Positions 1-11,496 of a stretch of DNA of 64,000 nucleotides are shown in pieces; positions within the stretch are counted from its first letter, which is position 1, and the number at the start of each line of letters is the position of its first letter. The DNA comes from Proteromonas lacertae. Lineage: Eukaryota. The position numbers and the translations under genes were made by a program. The stretch is from NCBI GenBank assembly GCA_002245135.1, contig NGBS01000304.1:124001-188000 (forward strand), in the 5' to 3' direction. The notes beneath the pieces were generated by a model. The model was not told the DNA's origin. It made no database searches and saw only the letters and a program-made list of their open reading frames with translations.

Positions 1-524
1 CTGAAAATACAAGTGGAGTTAGTAATGAATTATCCTCAAAATTAATGCAAGATACAATATCTGGTAAAATAAGAAGATATGGTTCATTTACAAGTGCTTC
101 AATCGAATATGATAGTCCTGTAACAATAAGTAAAGCCAAGAGTTCAAGTAGTGTAGGTGCAATAGTAGGTGGAGTAGTAGGTGGTTTAGCAGCTATCTTG
201 ATAATTGCTGCAGTTGTAGTGATTTATTCTCGAAATCGTACAGTAGTAGTAAGAAAACCGTCAGCTAAATCCACATCTACAACGAAAGGTAAGAAATCTG
301 CTGGAGTTCGAATTGGTAAAACTGAGAATTATTCAAATTTGGGAGATGATGATGAAGATGATGAAGGTGAAGATGGAAAGAAAGTAGAAGAAAAGAAAGA
401 TGAAAAAGCTGTAAGTAAAAAGAGTGATGATAAGAAGAATGAAAAAGCTTTAGCTGAGAAAGAAGAAAGTGATGATGATGAAGATGAAGAAGATGAAAGT
501 GATGATGAAGAAACTGCTCTTTAA
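1..524 (+). CDS. C-terminal part of a type I membrane/surface protein (5' end outside window)
   Basis: Frame open from base 3. Hydrophobic helix VGAIVGGVVGGLAAILIIAAVVVIY, then a basic and an acidic cytoplasmic tail; TAA at 522-524. Same layout as the gene at 61153-64000. Confidence 0.75.
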   Translation, partial: ENTSGVSNELSSKLMQDTISGKIRRYGSFTSASIEYDSPVTISKAKSSSSVGAIVGGVVGGLAAILIIAAVVVIYSRNRTVVVRKPSAKSTSTTKGKKSAGVRIGKTENYSNLGDDDEDDEGEDGKKVEEKKDEKAVSKKSDDKKNEKALAEKEESDDDEDEEDESDDEETAL

Positions 525-634
525 AAAGAAATCATTATTACTATTGAACTATAGACAAAATATATGAATTTGTTGTTTATTGGGTTTATGAAATAGAATG
601 TTTAAAAATAAAAGAAACATATTATTCTTATTCT

Positions 635-2400
635 CTAATTATTCTCATATATCTTTATTCCATGTTCTATAGCTGCAGCTATTCTATCTAATAAATCACT
701 CAATATCATTCTATGTTCTGGTGAAATTAAATTCTCATCTCTCATCATATTTACTTCTTTTTACACATAATTAAAGAATTATTTTTATCATCAAAAGATA
801 AAAAAGATATTTCTTTCTTCAATAGAGATTCATATAATGCTTTACCTCTAACTAAATTTGGACTAATTGCATTATTAGCACTCCAATAATATTTCAATGA
901 TTCATTTATACTTTCAATATAACTAATCAAATTACTGAGTATTTGGTTTGAATTATTTACTCTTTTATTGAAATTATTATTATTACTATTATTATTTGGT
1001 TTTTGTGGATAAAGATTGATTAATATCTGTAATGGATTTACCACTGATTCAAATGTGTTTGATAGATTTGGTTTGTAGTTATTTATTTGTTCAATAAATG
1101 ATTCAATTGTATATCTAATATAATAAATCAAATAATACATACATTTGTTTTGAAGTATTATTACTCTCATTAATATCATTTACTATATTCCTATTTGGTT
1201 GTATGATACCTATATTTATTGGTATTGTTTGTAGCTTTTCTTTAGGTATTAAATCATTCTCACAGTTTTCTAATCTTCGCTTCATTAATACATCTTTATG
1301 AGGTTCTTTTTCCATTCTTTCTAACGTATTATAACTTATTTTATTAATCTCTGAGATTGCTTTATAATACTTTTGTTTTTGATTTAATAATTCTCCTTGT
1401 TCTATATATATATATTAATAATTATATACTTATATTGGAAGGTAATTCTCTATTTTCCCATTCATTCATTGGATCTGTCAACGGTTCTTTAATAATTTCA
1501 TCATCTAATGTTGATACTAAATTCACATCTGATACTACATAATCATCTATTGTTAATAAATAATATCTAATAATAATAAATTATACTAATTTCACGTTTG
1601 GTATATTTCTTTGGTGGTTCTAATACTTCACTTGTTTCAACTCGATCTCTTTTTCTATAGAAATACATTCTTGCAATTTCTTCCCAAAATTCTTTTTCTG
1701 ATTTTAATATTCCTACTTCTTTATCATGTAAATTCTTTATTTTTGGAAACATCTGGAAGATTCGTAAGATGATATCTGATGTTATTTCTATTTTTAAATT
1801 TCCCTAATTTACAGATATTATTTTTTATTTATATACACTTTCATCTTCAGTAATAAATTCATTAAAGAAAGTTATTGTTCTTTTATCTGGATTTGTAAGT
1901 TCAGTTATTTCTTTTTCTTTTAATACATCTTGATGATTATACCACCATTCAACATACGATATACTCTTTGATAATACTTCTTCATTATAAAAACTCTCTA
2001 ATTCAATATCTTGCTTTAATATACCATCTGATTTGAATTTATCTGGAGGTTCTATTCTCTATTAATGTATTTAAATATACCAAATCCAGATTTTATTATT
2101 TTTATTATATTTACTATTCGTGTAATTAATTTTTCATTTGGAAAAGTGAATATGCACATCTGAGAAGAGGTTAGAACTAATCTCACCTTGTTACTTTTAT
2201 TTTGAGCTTCTATATATTATAAATTCATTATATATGCTTTCAATATCTGATTTCGGTATTATAGATACACCTACTGTGTTGTCATAAGGAACGAACTTCA
2301 AACCTGTAATATAAAAGTAAAGTTTCCCTTCATGTGCTTTATTTTCCTTATTTGCATATATTGTTTCTGTTTCAAGGATTATTTCATTTTCTATTGACAT
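635..2400 (-). CDS. GTF2H1: TFIIH core subunit p62/Tfb1 (PH-like domain, two BSD domains), 7 introns
   Basis: Spliced product has an N-terminal PH-like segment, BSD1 (ILKQDIELESFYNEEVLSKSISYVEWW), BSD2 (IILRIFQMFPKIKNLHDKEVGILKSEKEFW), LKYYWSA and a C-terminal helix LSDLLDRIAAAIEHG. Needs a GC-AG intron (2210-2237) and an AT-AA intron (761-810). Confidence 0.8.
761..810 (-). other. Putative U12-type intron with AT-AA termini (50 nt)
   Basis: ATATCTTTTTTATCTTTTGATGATAAAAATAATTCTTTAATTATGTGTAA. Removal joins LLKKE to KEVNMMRDE and restores the p62 C-terminal exon. Confidence 0.7.
2210..2237 (-). other. GC-AG intron (28 nt)
   Basis: GCATATATAATGAATTTATAATATATAG. Removal restores the frame (DIEKAQNKSNKVRL). 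Confidence 0.75.
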
Positions 2401-2474
2401 TAATTTCGATGAGAAAAGTTCAAGCCTATTCAAACATAATATTAAAATATATTCGTTTCGTTATACTTGTTTGG

Positions 2475-2916
2475 ATGTTTTTTCAGTCTATAAAGATGTA
2501 TATAGAATAAGAATAATACAGTTAGTTTAAAGAATACAAGCGTATTGAAAATAGCAAATACAAATCTTAAAAAGCGCTTGTTTTCTACAAATAATAACTC
2601 AGAGTGTGTAAAACTAGAAATTTGTCGAAATTTTGTAAAATTTATACTGTTTATTGGATGTATATGTGGTGTAAGTATTTTAGGGGTAATAATTTATGAA
2701 GAAGAGAGATATAAGTATATTCTTAAGTTTTATTCTTGAATTACTTGTTTTTATTGATAATAGAATAAACATAATAATCGAATATTTGATTTATTATCAG
2801 ATATTGTCAGTTGATCAACAAAATACCTCCAAAAAACAAATATATCCGTTTCTTCTTCTTTTTTCTTCTTCTTTCTTTACAGTACTCTTCTTTTAAGGAG
2901 TTATTTAATCAAATAA
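2475..2916 (+). CDS. Small membrane protein with a mitochondrial-type presequence; 3' end uncertain (2896 or 2916)
   Basis: Splicing two GT-AG introns gives MFFQSIKILKNTSVLKIANTNLKKRLFST... followed by a hydrophobic segment (FILFIGCICGVSILGVII) and links ORFs 2545-2739 and 2696-2896. Confidence 0.45.
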
Positions 2917-3055
2917 ACACCAAATATAACGTTATGGTTATGGATTAATATTAGCAAACTTTGTAATCAAGTTTATAGTTTACATTATTTTTCAAGTAAA
3001 TCTATCCCTCTATAATAGCCATAAATAAATAAAATAAAACGATTAATTAAGATTA

Positions 3056-4166
3056 TTATTTCTTCATTAACAATCCATTAAAAAAATCAAATCGATTTCC
3101 ATCAGGATATAACTCATGTTCAATACCATCATCACTGACACCAATTAAATAACCACTTTCACTAACTCCTTTTATCTTAATTTTCTCAGATTTATCATTA
3201 TCATATTTAATCTGCACTTCCTGTCCAGTATGCATCCAATATTGTAAATATTCAGGAATCAATGGACGAAATCCATTTATTTTATATTTTTCAAACATTT
3301 TATCAAACTCATTAAAAAACATTGCTAATATTTCTTCTCTAGTAACTTCAGGTTGAATTGATTGTGAAATATACTCTTCATTGATAAGATCTTGTATTGA
3401 AATTGTTGGTTTTTGATTACTTATATTAATTCCAAACCCACATGTTACATCAAATAGTAAATTACTATCATATTTTGATTGACATAATATTCCTCCAATT
3501 TTATATTTCCTTTTAGCATATATATCATTAGGCCATTTGATAGAAATGTCTAAATTCTTACAACAATCTATCTTTTGTAGAACTCTGATAAATGCGATTG
3601 ATATTAGATATTGAATTTGTGGTAGATATTCTGGTTTCTTTATTGATATTTTATAAGAGAAGGTTAAACATCCATAAGGATTCTCCCAACTGTTTCCACT
3701 CCTTCCTATACCACTTTGTTGATAATCACAAACGCAAATTACATTATCTATATTTTGAAAATATGTGTTTAACACAGTTTGAGTTCCTGGTAATATTGGA
3801 GCATAAATAATAGGACGTTTGATTGAAGGATCTAGTTTTTCATAGAATTTGATTATATCAAATGTTTTACCATTTAATGGATTTTCATTAGCATATTCTT
3901 GCCAATATGAAGATGCTACTTTTTTATATCTATTCTAGATATTGAAATAACTAATACTCCTGTAAAGTGAAATATTTTGGTATTTGTGTGAGTTTACATG
4001 CTATTAGAATTTATTATTCTATAGTATACTCTCAGAATTATCACAACATTCTTGCCATCTCTCTGATAGTGTGTCTTGAAGTGCTTTCTTCTCTATATTA
4101 TCATGTACAATCTATTATTATCTCAAATATGAATGTTTATACAAGAATAGAATCACGGACTGACAT
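3056..4166 (-). CDS. Biotin-protein ligase (holocarboxylase synthetase), 3 introns
   Basis: Motifs QQSGIGRSGNSWENPYGCL, IKWPNDIY, KIGGIL and the eukaryotic C-terminus LYPDGNRFDFFNGL. Upstream exons splice in frame from ATG 4166. Confidence 0.93.
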
Positions 4167-4285
4167 ATAAAATGATAAAACAAAATTAAGAATTTTCTTA
4201 GTATTTTCAAGAATAATCCTACAAAAAAACACATTTAAAAAAATAAGTTTTAAAAATTTAAAATAAATAATTAAGCTCATCCAAG

Positions 4286-5410
4286 TTAATCAATTTTATG
4301 GCTTTCAAGACATTTAGGATTTAAAGATTCATTATTCACTAAAAATGAAATAAATAACTGCAAAACTATCTGTATAAAGACAGCAATACATAATAAAACA
4401 ACCATACAATCCCAATAATTATTTCTAATCCATGTAAGGAAAAATAAAACAACAATCAAACAAATATACATCCATTTCACAATCATTTGAGTTTTCTTAT
4501 AAAACATAAACAAAAAATAAAATCCTTTTTGTAGACCATCATCAGGAACTATTTTATTATATTTACCAATTGATTTATAATATTCTCCATTATATTCAAC
4601 TATAATATCATTGTAATAGTTAGTATTTGCTTTCCATCTTTGTATATTATGATATTTTAATATTTTAGAAGATTCTTCTTTATTTATTAATTCCCAGCTT
4701 CCGCTACATTCTAATATTGGAATTAAATAATTGGAAGTTTCTAGAATCCATTTGTAAAAAGTAATTAATAATATTATTCCAGAGAGAAATATAATATTTA
4801 TAAGTGATTGAACTGTATCTACTAAAATATCATCTTCAGAAATAAAATATGAAAATATTATCCCTTCTGTTATACCGATTGATAATTGACAGATGAATTT
4901 GATTGTGTATAATTCGTTTGGTATTAATGGGTAATATAAATATATAATAAATCTAAATTAATAATAATTAATAAAAATATACATGATTGTGATGAATACA
5001 AATGCACCTCGTGATACAGTGGTATGTAATGAGATTGGACATAACGATATTGTTAGTAACATAAAGATGAAGGTTATATTAAACATCATTTTTTCATTTG
5101 ATCTGAAAAAGCTTCTAATAAATTGAAATATTGTCATTATGAAAATCCATGAAGATACTAAAATATATTTTCTAGAAAATATCTAGAGATTATAAATTTT
5201 ATGATAAGATATAGATACATCTAAATTGATAGAATAATATGATATAGCTAAGCAGCAACAAATTGTAAATGAGTAAAAGAACTCAAACCATTCCAAAGTA
5301 ACATTATCATACTGTAAGAACTCTTTTTCTTTGTATTTAATTCCACTAACGTTTTGATTTTCATCATGACTATGTATCTGAAAGCTCTTTTTGGTTGTAT
5401 GCCTCTTCAT
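4286..5410 (-). CDS. TMEM39-like multi-pass membrane protein, 2 introns
   Basis: Several hydrophobic helices plus the loop GSWELI...RWKANTNYYNDIIVEYNGEYYKSIGKYN...FYFLF, which resembles the conserved TMEM39 loop as recalled. Confidence 0.6.
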
Positions 5411-5529
5411 TATCAAGAAATAAAAAAATATAGAATCAAACCTTCAAGCTTGTATTATTATGTATTTTCTATTTCTTCACAAAAACATAATATACAATGT
5501 AAAATAATAAAGAACGATGAATTATATAC

Positions 5530-7303
5530 TCACTCTATATATGTTTTAAGAAAATCTAACAACTGTTTAATGTCTTTATAAGAAGATAAATAACCTAGTG
5601 ATATTCTAACAGCACCAGTAGCTTTATTCTCAATAATATCAGTTTCATCAGCACAAGATGTTCTTACTCTTGCCATTCTATTAATTAAATAGATTATATG
5701 AATAAATACCTTTTAAAAGTCTCATCAGTAACATTTAAATAATGTCTACAAGCACCAGGATTACAATTACAGCCAGTTCTAAAATGAATTTTTTGTTTTG
5801 CAGATTTCATTTGAATTCCATGATATCCTATATAAGATCCATTTTTATGTCTTAAATTCATGGCAATTATTCCACCTTGAATAGATGAGTCATTCTTATA
5901 ATGATTTCCATATATTTCACATAATGGTTTACCGTTTGAATGTTTTAATTCAATGAGTTTACTGTATAAATAGGATGTTAATGAGTAAACGTGTTTGGAG
6001 ATTTTATCAATTCCTAATTCGTTTAGTGATTGATAACCGTATCTTAATGCAGCGATATTTAAGAAATTGATTGTTCCATCTTCGAATTTGGAACATGGTT
6101 CAGCCTATATATGTATAATATAATTATAATAAAAAAGTAATAAAATAAAATAGTCAAAAATAGTGAAATAATATAATTAAAAAAGAAAAAGAAGAAAGAG
6201 TAAAATATAATAATAATAATAATAATGGATATATACATGAAACAAGCAAAACTGACTCTCTTCTGAAGCATACACTACAGTGCCACCACCAAAATATTTC
6301 TTTCTCATGAAATTGGTCATATCATTTCTCACTAATAAAGCACCTAAACCAGTAGGAAAACCAAACATTTTATAAAATGATAAAGTAACAAAATCTGGTT
6401 TGTATTTATGTAAATCTAATCTTTGAGTTGGAGCAAATGCAGCTGCATCTAATAACACTTTCCATTCATGATTCTATAGAAAATAAAAAAGATCAATACA
6501 ATTCCTCTTTCAAAATCACATTCTAACAATGTGTTATCATGTATTGCTTCAATCCATTCTAAGGGATATTTCACTCCTGCAAAATTTTCTTCTGCTGGAT
6601 AAGCAAATAAACTGTAGATTGTTGTGGTATTGAATGTTCTGTATGGATTTCGTTCCTTTTCTAGTAATTGACATTGTGATTTTGTTGGTAACATTTCTGG
6701 TGGTACACTTTTCCATTGAACACCGAATTCACTTGCAATTTCACGAATTCCTAAAACACTGTTGTGGTTTTCTCGTAAATAAAGATATCTACTTCTGTTA
6801 GTCCATGGAAATGAATCTCCTACTAACCTTAAAGCTGCTGTTGTACCACTTGTGAAAATTACTTGATATTCTGCTTGAGTTGTGTTAAAAAAATTTAGAA
6901 CTAAATCTCTTGCAGTATTTACCTATTTCATATGTATTAATACTATATAAATTAATACAGCATGACTTGTTCTTAAACTTGATGGATTTATACTATGAGT
7001 ATTACCATACAGATTATTTGATAACTCTCTCATCACAGAATCAAGCTGAGACTTACGATATACACCAGCTCCTGTGTAATCAAGATATGCATCATGCTTA
7101 GCTCTTTGAAGGTCCTTTTCCAATATTTCATCTAGTTTACCATCATACCCGTAATCTGGATAGTTTTTCATGAAATCGAAGAATTCAACATCTGTAACTT
7201 CATCGTCTGGTCTTAGAACATCTTTGATAAAGTCTTCATAGTCAAACCCCTCATCGTAACAAAACACAGATAAACATAAAAAGAAGATAACGATGAACTT
7301 CAT
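5530..7303 (-). CDS. Molybdenum cofactor sulfurase-like PLP enzyme (class V aminotransferase domain only) with N-terminal signal peptide, 4 introns
   Basis: YLDYTGAG, GNTHS, VIFTSGTTAALRLVGDSFPW, LLDAAA, SFYKMFGFPTGLGAL (PLP Lys), FEDGT, FRTGCNCNPGAC, GAVRISLG. TGA at 5530 leaves no MOSC domain. Confidence 0.88.
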
Positions 7304-7682
7304 AAATCAAGAAAAAGAGTAAGTGAAATTTTATTGGTCCAAATGTTGGATTTTTATTTAACAAAAAAAGAAAGGTTTTCACACTTGTGTTGTTTACAAT
7401 AAACAATATTTTTGTAAAATTTTATAGATAAGCTTTCAATCTAGCCATACAATATAAAAAATACTTTGCTGCTATCGTATAGCAGTATATTTATTAATTT
7501 TTAGAAGATCATATTGTTCTTATATTATATTATAAAATAATGATAGTAACAATAGAATTGTGATATAAGTGATGATGTAACGAAGAGTAATCAAGCATAA
7601 TGACGAGAAAATGCAAAGAATAACTTTGAAACGGATAAATGCACAAGCCGAGCTTTTCTACAAATCATTTTTTTCTTAAAAT

Positions 7683-8369
7683 ATGGATGATCTTGATGCA
7701 GAAACTTTAGATGCAGCTGGATTTGAGGCTATGGGTGAAGGATCATTTGATGATGCGATTAATTATTTCTCTCAAGCTATAGAAAAGAATCCAACTAATG
7801 GAGTGTATTATACAGATAGATGTGCTGGTTATCTAGGGAAACTCAATGTAGAGAAGGCAATAGAAGATGGCAAAAAGGGAGTTGAACTTTGTCCTGATAA
7901 TGCAAGATGTAACATGCAGTTAGGAGTGATTTATGATTTTCAGAAAGAATGGTCAAAAGGATTGGAGTGTTATGAAAAAGGATTAAAGCTTGAGCCAAAC
8001 AACGAAACAATATTAGCGTTAGTGAGGCATGATAAGACGAGACTAAGCAATAGAGGTGAAAATATATTAACAGGTGTAGAATTATTAGAATTTTTAGATT
8101 CAAAGGGCGAAGAAGTAGCATATTTAACAAGATCACCAGAATTGTATTATTTTATAGATGATATAAGTGAAGATTATCAGAATGCTATAAATTACGTTGG
8201 TGATCCAATAATGGATTTATTTATAGAGTATATGAAGAGTGACATAATTCCAGAAAAAGATAAACAAAAGTGGGAAGAAGCAATGAAAGAAATTGAAAGA
8301 AAAGTTGAAGAAGAAAAGAAAAAAGAAGAAGCAGAAGCTGAAGAAGATGATGATGAAGAAAATAATTAA
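7683..8369 (+). CDS. Sti1/HOP-like TPR protein (3 TPRs plus DP-like segment), paralog A, intronless
   Basis: TPR1-like pattern (AINYFSQAIEKNPTN..YYTDRC..AIEDGKKGVELCPD..YEKGLKLEPNN) and a DP-like segment PELYYFIDDI...GDPIMDLF. Confidence 0.75.
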   Translation: MDDLDAETLDAAGFEAMGEGSFDDAINYFSQAIEKNPTNGVYYTDRCAGYLGKLNVEKAIEDGKKGVELCPDNARCNMQLGVIYDFQKEWSKGLECYEKGLKLEPNNETILALVRHDKTRLSNRGENILTGVELLEFLDSKGEEVAYLTRSPELYYFIDDISEDYQNAINYVGDPIMDLFIEYMKSDIIPEKDKQKWEEAMKEIERKVEEEKKKEEAEAEEDDDEENN

Positions 8370-9010
8370 ACTATTTAAATAATAAACTAAATTATACAAA
8401 GTGGTATACTATATTCGTATATTATTACTTACATTAATTTTGTTAATTTTATGATTGATCAACAACATAAAGGATTATAGAAATGAAGAATAATAAACAA
8501 TGAAACGGATATTAATTTAATAATGAATTATTGACTGAATGTATGGTAGATGATGAATGGATTAGCCTATAAAAGAGCGCAAAGCAGTATAATTAATAAT
8601 ATTAGTGAATAGTCTATTTTTAGCCTGAAAGATGGTAATGAATTTACTAGCTTTAATGAAACCAAGATTTATCATTAATATAAAATTATTACTGTCATTA
8701 TATAGGTTGATCTATGTTTATATAATCATTTAAAACGAAAACAGAAATGATATTGTGTGGTGTGATATAATACATCCATATGTTATAAGCAGACTATTAT
8801 ATGAGTAATGTAATAATTGAAGTTTTTGTAGGATAAAAATGTTCTTTGAAATTACAATATGGTATATATTCTAGAAATACAATGATTCATACTCTAGAGT
8901 CTACAGACTTACTTTATATTGTATATTTCTTCACCAATTCTGAAGAATTGAGTGAAGTATCTTTACTGTAAAATTAAAAAATTATAAAAACAAGCCAAAC
9001 ATTCTTAATA

Positions 9011-9679
9011 ATGGACGATCTTGATGCTGAAATTATAGATCAACTTGGATATCAAGCTTTGAAAGCAGGAGCATTTAGTCAAGCTATTGCCTTATATACT
9101 AAAGCAATTGAAAAAGATCCTTCAAATGGTATTTATTACACTGACAGATGTGGTGCTTACCTTGGGAATGGTGAAACAGAGAAAGCAATGGAAGATGCTA
9201 AGAAAGGGGTTGAATTATCTCCAAATGATTCTCGATGTAACATGCAATTAGGTATTATATATGATGCTATGAAAGATTATGCAAAGGGGCTAGTATATCA
9301 TGAAAAAGCTTTACAACTAAATCCAAATGATGAAATGATATGGGGTTTAGTAAGACATGATAAAACAAGATTAATGAAAAGAGGTGAAGATGAATTAACG
9401 GGAGTAGAATTTCTAGAATTTCTTGATTCAAAAGGAGAAGAAGGCAAATTATTAACTAGATCACCAGCATTATATCACTTTATAGACGATATAAAGGAGA
9501 ATGTTCAACATGCAATTAACTATTTAGGTAATCCTATATTAGATTTATTCTCAGAGCATATGCTAGGAGGAATTATTCCTCCTGAAGTTGGAGCTAGAAG
9601 AGTTCCATGTGATGTAGCTAGAAGAGAATATGAAAAAACAAGAAGAGAACATCAAAAACAAGAAGATGGAAATAATTGA
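9011..9679 (+). CDS. Sti1/HOP-like TPR protein, paralog B, intronless
   Basis: Colinear with 7683-8369 (shared MDDLDAE, YYTDRC, RCNMQLG, LVRHDKTRL, EFLDSKGEE). Confidence 0.75.
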   Translation: MDDLDAEIIDQLGYQALKAGAFSQAIALYTKAIEKDPSNGIYYTDRCGAYLGNGETEKAMEDAKKGVELSPNDSRCNMQLGIIYDAMKDYAKGLVYHEKALQLNPNDEMIWGLVRHDKTRLMKRGEDELTGVEFLEFLDSKGEEGKLLTRSPALYHFIDDIKENVQHAINYLGNPILDLFSEHMLGGIIPPEVGARRVPCDVARREYEKTRREHQKQEDGNN

Positions 9680-9827
9680 TGTGTTTTTAATAAACAAAAA
9701 TATATATATTAAAAAATAAATTATTACTATATATATATTACATTCTACTTGTTTTTATTTTTAAATAAGAAGAATAAAAATGAGATTATTCACACATTCA
9801 TTCATATAACATATTATTTTTCTTTTT

Positions 9828-11236
9828 TTACACAGTTTCATCACTAAAATCTTGTAGCATAGGTAATGGTGTATATGTTCTTCTTTCACTAGAAGGAGTT
9901 GTTGTTCTACAAAAATCAGGAGTTTGTAATGAATAACCAACACAACTACCACAATTTCTATTATTATTGCTACTACTGGAAGGTGAAAATAAATTTGGAA
10001 GTGGGGTTTGTATAAGCGGCGAAAATTGTGGTGAACCAAATATTGTAAATGATGTAGTACTTCGTGTATAAGGAGTAGTAGTTGGACTAACTACCATATT
10101 GTCACAATTAAATGAATTATTATTATTATTATTATTACTATTACTATTCATAATAATAATTCGACTATTTGATCGTGTTGATGATGATGATATATCATTA
10201 TTAGAAGTACAACAACAGCTTTCTATTGAATCATCACTGCTAATTATAGATCGATTATTAATGGGTGTGCTATACATGTAACTGGGAGTCTCTGATAGTG
10301 AAGATATTATTGAATCTCTATGATGATTTCCACAAGGTGTAATAATGTTATTATTCTCAATTATTGGATTTGGTGATGTAAATGGATATTGAATTGGCTT
10401 TACTATAGATGAAGGAGGTGTAATATTACTTTGTTGTTGTTGTTGTAATTGAGGTGGCTGAATATTCTCTTTTTCTTCTTTTATAGAGTTATTATTATTA
10501 CTCAAGTTTGATACAGCAATAGTTGATGTTGGTGATATTGAATCTTTCTTTAATTTTGGTACTATTATAATGATATTAATATATAAATAATGTAATTATA
10601 CATTTATAAGTCTTTTTTAAATCTTTTCGTATATATTTTATCCACTCTTCACTGTCAATTTGCTGTGCTTTTAGTTTCATTACTTTCTTTCTTATACTAC
10701 TGTTCCAATGGTTTTTTATTGCATTATCCGTTCTTCCAGGTAACATTTTAGCGATTTCTGCCCATTTATTACCAAATATATCGTGATATTGTAATATTAT
10801 TTTATCTTCTTCAATTGACCAAGCTGATTTCACAACATCTGGACATAAGTGATTATGCCATCTTTCTCTGCATTGCTTACCTATCCTTCCTGGTAATTTA
10901 GAGGCTATTGACGTCCATTTTCTTGCTCCATTTTGTAGCACAAGCTTGGTTAGTAAATCATCTTCTTCTTTTGTCCAAGGTCCTTTGTGTAAATTTGGAT
11001 TTAATACTTTTTGCCATCTGTGTAGACATTGCACATCTGTTCTATTTGTAAAGTATTCGGCTATTTTCTTCCAATTCTTTCCGCTATGAATCTTTACAGC
11101 CATACGGAGACGTTCATCCTATCAATATAATAATAAATATGATAATATACTTCTTCTTTTGTCCATCTTATTCGTTGTTTAGTTGGTCTATAAAAATTAA
11201 ATGAGAGATTCTAGAATACGTTTCTGAATCTGACAT
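9828..11236 (-). CDS. Three-repeat (R1R2R3) MYB transcription factor, 3 introns
   Basis: RWTKEE|DERL...WKKIA...[53 protein letters not shown], then a low-complexity Ser/Pro/Asn tail. Confidence 0.93.
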
Positions 11237-11496
11237 GGTTAAGTTATTTCAGTGAGTTAATTATAATTATATAGTTTATTGTGATTTAAGAAACTATTCA
11301 ATTGATTTATTAGATAAATCAAATTTGAATTTTTGAAATTTAAATTTTCAAATAAAAATGACAGTTAAAAACACACAATTCCCTCCAAACATACCCAACA
11401 GCACATAAGTATAAATAAAGAATAAATAGATGACACTTAGATATACAAAAAGCTAAAGCTGATGATAAGTTCATACAATAATACTCTGATAATCTA

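Noticed and set aside
2842..2882. Fourth minor intron starting ATATCCGTT
   Set aside because: No branch motif at a suitable distance, and a 35-nt GT-AG intron (2848-2882) or simple read-through explains the region equally well.
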